Of a stretch of 64,000 nt of DNA, positions 46,945 through 56,422 are shown in pieces. Position 1 is the first letter of the stretch. Each line of letters starts with the position of its first letter. The notes under the pieces were generated by a model that saw only the letters and a list, made by a program, of their open reading frames with translations, did not search any database and was not told the origin of the DNA. The stretch is from an uncultured delta proteobacterium (lineage in GTDB: Bacteria > Desulfobacterota > Desulfobaccia > Desulfobaccales > 0-14-0-80-60-11). The stretch lies in NCBI GenBank assembly GCA_963709285.1, contig CAVPVR010000002.1, positions 65,491-129,490 of the forward strand, given 5' to 3'. The translations under genes were made by a program, and so were the position numbers.

Positions 46945-47745
46945 ATGCTGACTAATTTCCGAGAACCGCGCTTGTTGGGGCGCACCGGTCTCAAGGCGGG
47001 GCGGCTGGGGGTGGCTTCGAGTTTTGGGGCCCCGGCCGCGGCCTATGAGGAGGCCTTTGACGCGGGCTGCAATTACTTTTACTGGGGGTCTCTGCGCCGG
47101 GCCGGGATGCGGGAAGCTATTCAGAACCTCTGCGGCCGGGGCCAGCGGGAGGGCTTGATTATCGTGGTCCAGAGTTACTCCCGCCTGCCCTCCCTTCTGG
47201 AGGAGTCCCTGCGCCGGGCCTTGAGGCGGCTGGGGTTGGATGCCGCCGATGTCCTGCTTCTGGGGTATTATTCCCGGAGACCGCACCGGCGGCTGCTGGA
47301 GCGAGCCTTAAAAATGCGGGAGCAAGGAATGTGCCGTTTTCTCGGTCTCTCCGGGCACCACCGGCCTTTATTCCCCGAGCTGGCGCGAGAGGGCCTCTTT
47401 GACCTTTTCCACGTCCGCTATAACGCCGCTCACCAGGGGGCGGAAACCGAAGTTTTTTCACCCCTCTTAGAAATTCCCCACTCTCTGCGCCCCGGCATAG
47501 TCACCTTCACCGCCACCCGTTGGGGGCAGCTCCTGAAGGCCAAAAACATGCCCCCGGGGGAGTCGCCGCCTCCGGCCGCGGATCTGTACCGCTTCGCCCT
47601 GAGCCATCCGGCGGTGGACGTTTGTCTCTCTGGCCCCGCCAGTCAGACGCAGATGAGGGAGGCCCTGAGGGCCTTGGACCTGGGGCCCTTATCAGAGATG
47701 GAATTGGCCCGCCTCCGGCGTCTGGGCGATCATGTTCACGGTTAG
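46945..47745 (+). CDS. Aldo/keto reductase family oxidoreductase
   Basis: LGRTGLKAGRLGVASSFG...NYFYWG... pattern. The start was set at the ATG at 46945 because the longer track ORF runs through the repeat cluster. Confidence 0.75.
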   Translation: MLTNFREPRLLGRTGLKAGRLGVASSFGAPAAAYEEAFDAGCNYFYWGSLRRAGMREAIQNLCGRGQREGLIIVVQSYSRLPSLLEESLRRALRRLGLDAADVLLLGYYSRRPHRRLLERALKMREQGMCRFLGLSGHHRPLFPELAREGLFDLFHVRYNAAHQGAETEVFSPLLEIPHSLRPGIVTFTATRWGQLLKAKNMPPGESPPPAADLYRFALSHPAVDVCLSGPASQTQMREALRALDLGPLSEMELARLRRLGDHVHG

Positions 47746-47932
47746 GTCCGGGTTGCAACCATATCAAAATATGGCCCAGATTCAATGACGCAGAGGCATG
47801 CGCTTCCCTTTTCCACGCCCCTGATTGCCGCCTTTCTACTTGCATCTCCAGGGGAAGTGGGCTAAATTCGGATAACTACTTGAGTTCTGCTGAAATTTCC
47901 TTTCTCATATTCCCCTTACTACGGAGCGCTTG

Positions 47933-49375
47933 ATGAAACGCTATGAAGATCCCAAGTGGACGACCACCCAGGCCGTCAGTTTGGATTATAATTATGCCAT
48001 GGCGGATTTTATCGGAGACCGAGGTCTCCGGGCCGAAGAGATGAACGCCCTGACCCCGAAGCTGGCCCAGGTGCACGAGGAACTGCAAACCGGGCGGGAG
48101 AGCGGTAAATACGCCTTTTTCGATCTCCCCTATGACACCGAGGTCATCAAGGATATTCGCCGTCTGGCCAAGCCTCTCCTGGAGTGGTGCTGGGAGTTTA
48201 TCGTCCTGGGCATTGGCGGCTCGGCCCTGGGGGCCCGGGCTCTGCACCAGGCCCTCTGCCACCCTCAGCACAATATGCTCCCCGTGGGTCGAAGGAAGCA
48301 CCACCCCGGCTTGTGGGTTTTGGACAATATCGATCCGGACTTCATGTATGGCATGCTGGACGCCCTCAATATGAAACGGGTGGCAGTGAATGTCATTAGC
48401 AAGTCCGGCAGCACCGCCGAGACCCTGGCCCAGTTTCTCTTTCTTTACCGGCTGCTGGCGAGCCGGCTGGGGGGTGAGGACAAGGTGCACGAACGCCTGA
48501 TCATCACCACCGACCCCGAGAAAGGCCCACTCCGGGACCTGGTGGAACAAAAAGGCTTCCAATCCCTGGCTGTCCCGCCCCGGGTAGGAGGCCGCTATTC
48601 GGTGCTCACTACCGTGGGTCTGTTTCCGGCCCACCTGGCGGGCATTGACGTGGAGGAATTGTTGGCCGGGGCCCGCTTTATGGACCAGCGTCTGCAAGAT
48701 AGCTCGGTGGAGGACAATCTGGCTTACCGGCTCGCAGCCCTCTATTATCTTTTCTTCAAGGACAAAAGCCGTCCCATGCTGGTGACCATGCCCTATGCCG
48801 CCAATCTAGCCGCCATGGCGGACTGGTTCGCCCAGCTCTGGGCCGAGAGTCTGGGGAAGCGGGTGGACCTGGCCGGTAACCTGGTGGAGACGGGCAGCAC
48901 CCCGGTCCGGGCCGTGGGGGTGACAGACCAGCACTCCCAGTTGCAGCTTTACGGGGAAGGCCCGCATGATAAGCTCATCACCTTTTGGACCGTGGCAAAG
49001 TTTCAGCACTCCCTGGAGATTCCCGCTGCTTTCGGGGAGTTTGAAGGCATAGGCTACCTCGGGGGACACCCGCTGAACGAACTTTTGAAAGCGGAGGAGA
49101 CCGCCACTGCTTTCAACCTCATGAAGGCCGGACGGCCCAACCTCACCCTCGGTCTTCCGGAGGTCAACGCTTTTACCGTGGGCCAACTCATTTATCTCCT
49201 GGAAGTGGCCACCGTGGCGACGGGAGGACTCCTCGGAGTCAACCCCCTGGACCAACCCGGGGTGGAGGGGGGGAAACAAACTGCTTGTGGCCTTTTGGGG
49301 CGACCCGGGTACGAGGCCTACCGGCGGGAGTTTACCGAAGCTGCACCCAAGCTGTCTAAATATATGGTAAAATAA
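47933..49375 (+). CDS. pgi: Glucose-6-phosphate isomerase
   Basis: LGIGGSALGARAL, ISKSGSTAET and VGGRYSVLT motifs. Confidence 0.9.
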   Translation: MKRYEDPKWTTTQAVSLDYNYAMADFIGDRGLRAEEMNALTPKLAQVHEELQTGRESGKYAFFDLPYDTEVIKDIRRLAKPLLEWCWEFIVLGIGGSALGARALHQALCHPQHNMLPVGRRKHHPGLWVLDNIDPDFMYGMLDALNMKRVAVNVISKSGSTAETLAQFLFLYRLLASRLGGEDKVHERLIITTDPEKGPLRDLVEQKGFQSLAVPPRVGGRYSVLTTVGLFPAHLAGIDVEELLAGARFMDQRLQDSSVEDNLAYRLAALYYLFFKDKSRPMLVTMPYAANLAAMADWFAQLWAESLGKRVDLAGNLVETGSTPVRAVGVTDQHSQLQLYGEGPHDKLITFWTVAKFQHSLEIPAAFGEFEGIGYLGGHPLNELLKAEETATAFNLMKAGRPNLTLGLPEVNAFTVGQLIYLLEVATVATGGLLGVNPLDQPGVEGGKQTACGLLGRPGYEAYRREFTEAAPKLSKYMVK

Positions 49376-49429
49376 AACAACTTTGGGGATTGACCTGGAG
49401 CAGGCTCTTCCTGCCGGGTGGCAAAGGCT

Positions 49430-50884
49430 ATGGCGAGGGGGAAACAGAAAACCTCATGGTGGACCTTAGGCCGGGACGTCCAGACCTTCCGGTTGGCGAA
49501 ATTCTTTTCCCTGACCAGTTTTCTAGTCATTATAGTGTTCACGGTCATTCTCACCCTGTTGCTGGCCTTTGGGGTCCGCAGGATAGCCCTGGCTAAAAAT
49601 GAAGAATATCTCAGGCTCCTGGCTGCCAACCTGAACCACCAGGTATTCCAGCAGTTTCTCATCCCTACGGCCATCGAGAAACAGGGGCGTATCCAAATCG
49701 CTGACCCGGAGCAGTCCAGACGCTTGGACGTAGTGGTGAAAGACACCATCCGCGGCTTCCATGTGGAACAGTTGGCTATTTATGACCAGCTGGGGATATT
49801 GTCCTACAGCACCACTAACCAAGGCCTGGGCCAGGATTCCTATGAAATTTACGGAGTGAAAACGGCCCTTTTCGGGGAGCAACACTTCGAGCGCCTGGGA
49901 AGCAGTTTCTTTTTGGATCTCATACCTCTTTGGGGTACCGGCAACCAACGCCTGCGGGCCTATTTCCCCTTCCGTCTGGAGGGCAAGCCCGGCTCCGAAC
50001 TGGGCCCCGTGGTGGGAGTATTTGAAATCACCCAGGACATTTCCGGTGACCTCATTGAGATTAGCAAGTTTCAGGCCATCATCATACTTATCTCCATTTT
50101 GATCATCGGCCTCCTCTTCCTGGTCTTGCTTCTGATTGTCAAGCAGGCGGAAGTGATCCTGGAACGGCGTCAACAGGAGCAGTTGGCTCTGGAGGGTCAA
50201 CTGCACCACGCGGAGCGCCTGGCGGCCCTGGGGGAAATGACTGCAGGAGTGGCCCACGAAGTGCGCAACCCCCTGGGGATCATCAGCTCCACGGCGGAGC
50301 TCTTGAAGGAGCGCTTAAACCGCTACGAACCTGACAACCGGTTGGCCCAGATCATTGTGGAGGAGGCCAACCGCCTGAATACCAAGGTCTCGGAATTTTT
50401 AGACTTTGCCCGACCCCGGGAGCCTAATTTGCAGCCCTGCCGATTGGATAAGGTCCTGGACCGGAGTCTGGAGCTCCTTTACCCTGAGATCGACCGGCTG
50501 GATATCTCCGTGACCCGGGATTACCCGGCAGATGGTAAATTGCAGGCTGCGGACCCCAGCCTGTTGCACCAGGCCTTTTTGAATATCCTGTTAAACGCCA
50601 TTCAGGCCATGCCAGGTGGAGGGACCCTCACCGTGGCAGTGGCTTCCGGTCCCAATGGCCAGGGAAGCGAAATCCAGGTCCAGGACACGGGCGATGGTAT
50701 TAAACCTGATAACTTGAAAAAGGTTTTCAATCCTTTTTATACCAGCAAGGAAAAGGGGAGCGGCCTGGGTCTGCCCATTGTCAAGAGCATCATCGAGAGC
50801 CACCAGGGGACCATCACCGTCGATAGCACCTTGGGTCAGGGAACCTCAATTACTATTCAATTGCCGGAATTGCCGTTGCCGTAG
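49430..50884 (+). CDS. Sensor histidine kinase
   Basis: Two TM segments, H-box GVAHEVRNPL, N-box LLNAIQA, G1 DTGDGI, G2 GSGLGL. An alternative GTG start lies at 49418. Confidence 0.85.
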   Translation: MARGKQKTSWWTLGRDVQTFRLAKFFSLTSFLVIIVFTVILTLLLAFGVRRIALAKNEEYLRLLAANLNHQVFQQFLIPTAIEKQGRIQIADPEQSRRLDVVVKDTIRGFHVEQLAIYDQLGILSYSTTNQGLGQDSYEIYGVKTALFGEQHFERLGSSFFLDLIPLWGTGNQRLRAYFPFRLEGKPGSELGPVVGVFEITQDISGDLIEISKFQAIIILISILIIGLLFLVLLLIVKQAEVILERRQQEQLALEGQLHHAERLAALGEMTAGVAHEVRNPLGIISSTAELLKERLNRYEPDNRLAQIIVEEANRLNTKVSEFLDFARPREPNLQPCRLDKVLDRSLELLYPEIDRLDISVTRDYPADGKLQAADPSLLHQAFLNILLNAIQAMPGGGTLTVAVASGPNGQGSEIQVQDTGDGIKPDNLKKVFNPFYTSKEKGSGLGLPIVKSIIESHQGTITVDSTLGQGTSITIQLPELPLP

Positions 50885-50917
50885 GTAGGATAACCAGGTG
50901 AGGCAAGTTAGGAACAT

Positions 50918-52291
50918 ATGGATACCATTCTGGTAGTAGACGACGAAATTAATTACCTCACGGTCATGGAGACTCTCTTGGGGGAGGAGGGCTACGAGGT
51001 GCTCACCGCCCCTGGGGGCCCGGAGGCCCTGAAGATCGCGGGTGGCAGTGATCTGGACCTGGTGCTCACCGACATGAAAATGCCCAAGATGAACGGTATC
51101 GAGCTGTTGGCAGAGATGAAACGCCTCTATCCAGACCTGCCGGTTATTATGATGACCGCCTACGGCACCGTGGAAAAAGCGGTGGAGGCCATGAAGACGG
51201 GGGCCTTTGACTACGTCTTGAAGCCCTTTAAAAATGAAGAGCTCCTGATGACCATCGCCAAAGGCCTGGAACACTACCGCCTCATCCTGCAAAACCGCAT
51301 GCTCCTCCAGGAGCTGGATAAAAAGTACGGCGCCCCTAACATTGTGGGGGAAAGTATGGCCATGCGGGAGATCTTGGCCCTGGTAAAGCGGGTGGCCACC
51401 TCCCGGGCCACCGTGCTCATCAGTGGAGAAAGTGGCACCGGCAAGGAATTAGTGGCCCGGGCCATCCACCAGCAAAGCCCCCGGGCAGGCAAGACCTTTG
51501 TTTCGGTGAATTGCGCCGCCCTGACGGAGACGCTCCTGGAAAGCGAGCTCTTCGGTCACGAGCGGGGGGCCTTTACCCACGCGGTGGTCATGCGCAAGGG
51601 CCGCTTCGAGCTGGCCGACGGCGGGACGCTCTTTCTAGACGAAGTGGCGGAGATGTCCCCGGCTCTCCAGGTCAAATTGCTGCGCGTCCTGCAGGAAATG
51701 GAATTCGAGCGGGTGGGGGGCAACAAGACCATCAAGGTGGACGTCCGGGTGGTGGCCGCCACCAACCGGGAACTCAAGGAAGAGGTGGAAGACGGCCGGT
51801 TTCGGGAGGATTTGTACTACCGCCTGAACGTGGTGCATCTGCACATTCCGTCCCTGCGTGAGCGTCAGGAGGACATTACCCCCTTAGCCACCCACTTCCT
51901 GAAAAAATACGCTCAGGAAAACGCCCGGGGTGAGGTGCACCTTTCCCCAGAGGCCATGAAGCTTCTCATCCAGTATGCCTGGCCGGGCAACGTCCGGGAG
52001 CTGGAAAACGTTATGGAGCGGGCGGTAATCCTGTGCAACCAAAGCCTCATTACCGTCAACGACCTCCCCGGGGAGCTGGCCGGCGAGCCCCGGGAGTCCT
52101 CCCGGCTCAATATCGACCGCTTTATTCCCTTACAGACACCCCTTCCTGAAGTTCTAGAACAGATCGAGGAGCAGATGATCCGCCGAGCCCTGGAGCAAAG
52201 CGGCCAGGTGCAGGTCCGAGCTGCCGAGCTTTTGGGCATCACCAAGAGTCTGTTGCAGTACAAGCTGAAAAAATATCATCTTACGGTGTGA
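50918..52291 (+). CDS. Sigma-54-dependent NtrC-type response regulator
   Basis: Receiver domain (LVLTDMKMP), AAA+ GESGTGKE, ESELFGHERGAFTHA, and a C-terminal Fis-type HTH. Confidence 0.9.
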   Translation: MDTILVVDDEINYLTVMETLLGEEGYEVLTAPGGPEALKIAGGSDLDLVLTDMKMPKMNGIELLAEMKRLYPDLPVIMMTAYGTVEKAVEAMKTGAFDYVLKPFKNEELLMTIAKGLEHYRLILQNRMLLQELDKKYGAPNIVGESMAMREILALVKRVATSRATVLISGESGTGKELVARAIHQQSPRAGKTFVSVNCAALTETLLESELFGHERGAFTHAVVMRKGRFELADGGTLFLDEVAEMSPALQVKLLRVLQEMEFERVGGNKTIKVDVRVVAATNRELKEEVEDGRFREDLYYRLNVVHLHIPSLRERQEDITPLATHFLKKYAQENARGEVHLSPEAMKLLIQYAWPGNVRELENVMERAVILCNQSLITVNDLPGELAGEPRESSRLNIDRFIPLQTPLPEVLEQIEEQMIRRALEQSGQVQVRAAELLGITKSLLQYKLKKYHLTV

Positions 52292-52330
52292 TCCTGTAAT
52301 GAACTAGAGTTATTGCATGCCGAATAGATA

Positions 52331-52354
52331 TTTTTTCAATTTAGATTGAAAAAA
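52331..52354. promoter_or_regulatory. Perfect AT palindrome TTTTTTCAAT-ttag-ATTGAAAAAA
   Basis: Read directly. It lies between the ntrC-like stop and the DUF433 gene, and could be an operator or a weak bidirectional terminator. Confidence 0.3.
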
Positions 52355-52385
52355 TCCTTAGGGCTTGGGTGATAAGGTAATACAA

Positions 52386-52637
52386 ATGGAAATCCGCCAT
52401 TACAAATTCCCTCGCATTACGTTGAATCCTGAAATGTGTTTCGGCAAGCCCTGTATTCGTGGGCTGAGAATTCCAGTGGCAACTATTCTCAACTACTTGG
52501 GTTCAGGGATGACTATAGAGGAGATCTTGAGGGAATGGCCTGAACTGGAAAAAGAGGACATTCATCAGGCTCTCGGCTATGCAGCCTGGGCTATGGAAGA
52601 GAGAGTGGTGTCTTTGGAAGAAACAAGAGCCCCATGA
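52386..52637 (+). CDS. DUF433 antitoxin-like protein
   Basis: [49 protein letters not shown] is the characteristic DUF433 core. Its stop overlaps the next start. Confidence 0.75.
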   Translation: MEIRHYKFPRITLNPEMCFGKPCIRGLRIPVATILNYLGSGMTIEEILREWPELEKEDIHQALGYAAWAMEERVVSLEETRAP

Positions 52638-52999
52638 AATTCCTCCTAAACATGAACCTTCCTCGTTCCTTGGGGAAGAGCCTGGAGGGAGTGGGGCATG
52701 AATGCCGTCATGCAGGGGATATAGGCTTATCCCAGGCGATGGACATTGATATCATGACTGAGGCTGGAAGAAGGAAAGAAATCATCCTTACGCATGACCT
52801 AGATTACGGTCACCTACTAGCGTTTTCCGGAGATACGGCCCCTTCTGTGGTCATTTTTCGTTTGCGGAATAGCCACCCTGACAGGCTCTTTGCCCGCCTA
52901 CTAGCAGTTTGGCAGGAAATTGACAAGCCCTTGCAGGAAGGGTCAATTGTTATTTTAGAAGACACAGCAGTAAGGATTCGGAGATTACCCATTTCCTAA
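52634..52999 (+). CDS. DUF5615 (PIN-like/Mut7-C-like) toxin candidate
   Basis: [10 protein letters not shown]...[12 protein letters not shown] pattern, the usual partner of DUF433. 4-nt overlap (ATGA). Confidence 0.7.
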   Translation: MKFLLNMNLPRSLGKSLEGVGHECRHAGDIGLSQAMDIDIMTEAGRRKEIILTHDLDYGHLLAFSGDTAPSVVIFRLRNSHPDRLFARLLAVWQEIDKPLQEGSIVILEDTAVRIRRLPIS

Positions 53000-53035
53000 A
53001 AAAATAACCGAGTAACTTTTCCCCAGGGAGCCGCC

Positions 53036-54502
53036 TTGAAAAGTTCTGAATTTCCTCAAGATATTCAGGAACATCTCATCCCTACCCCCACCGGGGACAT
53101 GGTGTACCGCTGCCTGGAGTGCGCGGCTGAGTTTGACATCACTGAACTCCTGTACACCTGCCCGGAGTGCAAGGGGCTCTTTTTATTGATAGACCGCAAC
53201 GAGGGGCGTCTTCAGGAAAGGTCCGGGGCCTTCTGGCGGCGGCTGTTCGACTACCGGCGGATGCTGAATGTCCCGGCCCTTCAGGGGATTTTCCTCTACT
53301 ATGAGCTCATCGCACCGGTGATTCCCCTGGACCAGATCATCTACCTGGGGGAAGGCCATACCCCCCAGGTGGCGGCCAATGACGACCTGGCCGGCGAGGT
53401 GGGGGCGGCCTTTTATTTTAAAAACGACGGCCAGAACCCCAGCGCCTCCTTCAAGGACCGGGGCATGGCCGCGGCCCTGAGCTACCTGAATTTTCTGGTT
53501 AACTCCCGCAATCTCGGGAAAATTCTGTCCATCTGCGCCAGCACCGGGGACACCTCCGCGGCCGCGGCCCTGTATGGGGCCTACCTGGGGGACAAAGTCG
53601 CGTCGGCGGTGATTCTCCCCCACGGCAAGGTGACGCCCCAGCAGTTGGCCCAGCCATTGGGGGCCGGGGCCCGGGTGTTGGAAATTCCCGGGGTTTTCGA
53701 CGACTGTATGCAGGTGGTGGAGGCCCTGGCGGACAACTACCAGGTGGCCCTGCTCAACTCCAAGAACTCCTGGCGCATCCGGGGGCAGGAGTCTTACGCC
53801 TTCGAAATCGCCCAGTGGTTCGACTATGATCTCACCGGCAAGGCCGTGGTGGTGCCCATCGGCAACGCCGGCAACATCACCGCGGTCATGCAGGGATTTT
53901 TAAGACTCCACGATCTCGGGATCGTCGAAAGCCTTCCCCGGGTGGTGGGGGTGCAGTCCCGCCACGCCAACCCGGTATTTCGCTATTACCTTGAACCTGA
54001 CCGGGCCCAGCGCGTCTTTATGCCGGTGACGGTAACGCCCAGCGTGGCCCAGGCCGCCATGATCGGCAACCCGGTCAGCATGCCCCGGGTCATCCGGCTG
54101 GTGGAGGAGTACCGCCGTCGGGCCGGGGAGGGGAGCGTGGCTGTGGTGGAGGTGACCGAACAGGAGATCATGGACAGCATGATCCTGGCCAACCGTCACG
54201 GCCATATCGCCTGCACCCAGGGGGGCGAGTCCCTGGCGGGCCTCCGAGCAGGGGTGGCGGCAGGCCTTTTGGACCAGGGTGAACTGGCGGTCCTGGACGC
54301 CACCGCCCACCACCTCAAGTTTGTGGGGTTTCAGGAGATGTATTTCGAAAACACCTTTCCCCCGGAATTCGAGGTGACCCCGAAGGCGGCCTATCAGAAC
54401 CGGCCCCAGCTCCTCACCCCGAAGAGTGGGGACCCGGCCCAGAAAGTTTCCGAATTAGCCGACCAGATCGCCCAGCTGCTAAGGTTAACTCCTAAAAACT
54501 AA
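53036..54502 (+). CDS. thrC: Threonine synthase (long form with N-terminal Zn-ribbon)
   Basis: CLECAAEF...CPECKG ribbon and the PLP-lysine motif NPSASFKDRG. TTG start with an AGGGAG RBS. Confidence 0.9.
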   Translation: MKSSEFPQDIQEHLIPTPTGDMVYRCLECAAEFDITELLYTCPECKGLFLLIDRNEGRLQERSGAFWRRLFDYRRMLNVPALQGIFLYYELIAPVIPLDQIIYLGEGHTPQVAANDDLAGEVGAAFYFKNDGQNPSASFKDRGMAAALSYLNFLVNSRNLGKILSICASTGDTSAAAALYGAYLGDKVASAVILPHGKVTPQQLAQPLGAGARVLEIPGVFDDCMQVVEALADNYQVALLNSKNSWRIRGQESYAFEIAQWFDYDLTGKAVVVPIGNAGNITAVMQGFLRLHDLGIVESLPRVVGVQSRHANPVFRYYLEPDRAQRVFMPVTVTPSVAQAAMIGNPVSMPRVIRLVEEYRRRAGEGSVAVVEVTEQEIMDSMILANRHGHIACTQGGESLAGLRAGVAAGLLDQGELAVLDATAHHLKFVGFQEMYFENTFPPEFEVTPKAAYQNRPQLLTPKSGDPAQKVSELADQIAQLLRLTPKN

Positions 54503-54571
54503 CCTGCCTCTCATCTTGTGGAGAGAAACTTATCAGGAGATTTCCCATTTTTTATTGGAAAGGAAAATGAC

Positions 54572-54973
54572 ATGCGGAAGGTGTTGTTATTAATATTGGT
54601 ATTCGCCGTCAGTCTGGCGCTGACCGTCCCGTGTCAGGCCGGTAAGGAAGAACTCCGGGTTGACAAAGACACTCTGAAAAGCTGGTTGGCTGAACACCAG
54701 GTTCTCATTGTTGACGTGCGCGTGGGGAGCAGTTGGGAAAAGAGCGGTACCAAGATCAAAGGTGCGGTCCGTCAGGATCCCCACAAGGTGAAAGACTGGG
54801 CCGCCAGCCTACCGAAAGATAAAAAATTAGTCTTGTACTGATCCTGAGCCAATGAGGCTACCAGCGCCCGGGTGGCGCTGCAATTGCGTGACATGGGTTT
54901 TCCCCAGGCCATGGCTCTAAAAGGCGGCTGGAAGGAATGGGAAACGGCGGGTTACCCCACGGAGCCTAAATAG
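54572..54973 (+). CDS. Secreted rhodanese-like protein with two in-frame TGA codons at the CxC active-site positions (candidate selenoprotein, or a pseudogene)
   Basis: Signal peptide MRKVLLLILVFAVSLALTVPCQA. The rhodanese pattern VLIVDVR...KDKKLVLY-[TGA]-S-[TGA]-ANEATSARVALQLRDMGFPQAMALKGGWKEWETAGYP continues in frame to the TAG at 54971-54973. The TGAs are at 54839-54841 and 54845-54847. Confidence 0.6.
54862..54880 (+). promoter_or_regulatory. SECIS-like hairpin downstream of the two TGA codons
   Basis: CAGCGCC-CGGGT-GGCGCTG is a 7-bp perfect stem with a G-rich 5-nt loop. It starts 20 nt after the first TGA and 14 nt after the second. Confidence 0.4.
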
Positions 54974-54990
54974 AGACGGGTAAATGTCAT

Positions 54991-55200
54991 TCGAGTGGAG
55001 GGCCGGGGGACCACGGGTCCTTCGGCCCTCCACTCGAGCTTCCCTCCCAACCCCCCTTGACCGGGAGAACAGGCATCCTGCCTGTTCTTGCACAGGCTGG
55101 AAACTTGTGCTCCCGCTTAATATAGGGGGTTGGGGGAGTGGGCCTGGGCGAGGGGGCAGGGGTCCGCGACCTCTGGCCCCCTCTCCCAAAATCTATTAGC
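54991..55200. repeat. Cluster of repeat modules, including a 15-bp-stem hairpin and an inverted copy of the 46795-46865 module
   Basis: TCGAGTGGAGGGCCG (54991-55005) pairs with CGGCCCTCCACTCGA (55023-55037). Also present are GAGAACAGGCATCCTGCCTGTTCT, CACAGGCTGGAAAC, and TAGGGGGTTGGGGGAG...CTGGCCCCCTC. Confidence 0.75.
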
Positions 55201-55215
55201 ATCAGCCTGCAAAAA

Positions 55216-55650
55216 GTGAAAATCCCCATCAACGATAACTACTGTTTCGTGTGCGGCCGGGACAACCCCCGGGGCCTGAAAATCACGGTAAAACTCTTTC
55301 CGGAGGAGATGGCGGCCGAAACTGAATTGGCCTTGCCCCGGGAATACCAGGGCTGGGCCGACGTCATCCATGGGGGGATTTTGTCCACCCTTCTGGATGA
55401 GATGATGGCCCAGGCGGTGTGGCATTTCGCCGGCCCGGGGTTGACCCTGAACATGGAGGTGCGCTTCCATCATCCCCTCAAGCCCGACGAAGCCATCCGG
55501 GTCCGGGGGATAATCATCGCGGCCAACGGCAGCCGCCGCACTGCGGCAGCCGAAATTACCCGCAGCCGCGACAACCGCAAGATCGCCAGCGCCAAGAGCC
55601 GGTTTTTGTTGCTGGAGGAGAGGGGTGGGGTAGGGGGCTCGGAATCCTGA
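55216..55650 (+). CDS. PaaI-family hotdog-fold thioesterase
   Basis: CFVCGRDNPRGL..., HGGILSTLLDEMMA. A GTG start at 55216 is proposed because the upstream part of the track ORF lies in the repeat cluster. Confidence 0.7.
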   Translation: MKIPINDNYCFVCGRDNPRGLKITVKLFPEEMAAETELALPREYQGWADVIHGGILSTLLDEMMAQAVWHFAGPGLTLNMEVRFHHPLKPDEAIRVRGIIIAANGSRRTAAAEITRSRDNRKIASAKSRFLLLEERGGVGGSES

Positions 55651-55810
55651 AATTTTGTCTTTCCCATCCCTCTATTGAGGGATATGGTAATCTTGCCTTT
55701 GTCCGGTGGGTTATGGGGTGGGTTTTAAACCTACCCCGTTGTTTTCTGATGTATTGGTACTGCCCCTGATTCGGAGTGTCTACAAACCCGCTTATTGATA
55801 AAATCAAATA

Positions 55811-56281
55811 ATGCTCCAGGTCGTTATTCTCATGGTGGGGAAAACCCGGGAAGCTTTCGTTCAGGAGGGCTTGGACTTCTATACCAAACGCCTGCGGCCC
55901 TTTTTCCGGCTGACGGTGAAAAGTGTGCGGGAGGAGAAGGAAGGAAAGAAACTTGCAGCAGAAATAATAAAAATCAAGGAGGGAGAACGCCTGCGGGCCC
56001 AGATACCCCCCCGAGCCTATGCCGTGGCCCTGGACCCTCGGGGGAAAGAATGCACCACCGAAGAATTTGCCTTCTGGTTGGCCCAACGGGAGGAAGACGG
56101 TCGGCCCCTAACCTTTCTTATCGGGGGGCACCTTGGTCTGGACGCAGCCACCCTGGCCGCGGCCCACGATCAGTTAGCCCTCTCTCGCCTGACCCTCACC
56201 CACGAACTGTCCCGCTTGGTGCTCCTGGAACAACTCTACCGGGCCAAAACCATCCTCATCGGCCACCCGTATCACGTGTAA
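55811..56281 (+). CDS. rlmH: 23S rRNA (pseudouridine1915-N3)-methyltransferase
   Basis: 156 aa, LIGGHLGLD...LSLSRLTLTHEL...EQLYRA...HPYH signature. Confidence 0.9.
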   Translation: MLQVVILMVGKTREAFVQEGLDFYTKRLRPFFRLTVKSVREEKEGKKLAAEIIKIKEGERLRAQIPPRAYAVALDPRGKECTTEEFAFWLAQREEDGRPLTFLIGGHLGLDAATLAAAHDQLALSRLTLTHELSRLVLLEQLYRAKTILIGHPYHV

Positions 56282-56285
56282 AGGC

Positions 56286-56391
56286 AGTGGGGGGAGGGCC
56301 AGGGACCTGAGGTCCCTGCCCTCCCCCCACACCCCCCTCCCAACCCGCAGAGGGGGCTGGCAAGACGGGGCCTAAGCCCCGTCTTGCCAGC
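56286..56391. repeat. Two stacked hairpin repeats after rlmH (probable terminator function)
   Basis: GGGGAGGGCCAGGGACC-tga-GGTCCCTGCCCTCCCC, and a perfect 16-bp stem GCTGGCAAGACGGGGC-ctaa-GCCCCGTCTTGCCAGC (56356-56391). Confidence 0.65.
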
Positions 56392-56422
56392 CATTTCTCT
56401 ATCCCTTATACCAAGATGCAAT

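Noticed and set aside
54839-54847. Alternative explanation of the two TGAs: genome-wide UGA reassignment (code 4/25).
   Set aside because: Many well-supported genes in the window terminate at TGA at the expected protein ends (for example the lolD, hdrA-mvhD, clpX-like and DUF433 genes). No other conserved gene needs TGA readthrough. Pseudogenisation cannot be excluded, but two hits exactly on the two Cys codons favour Sec.
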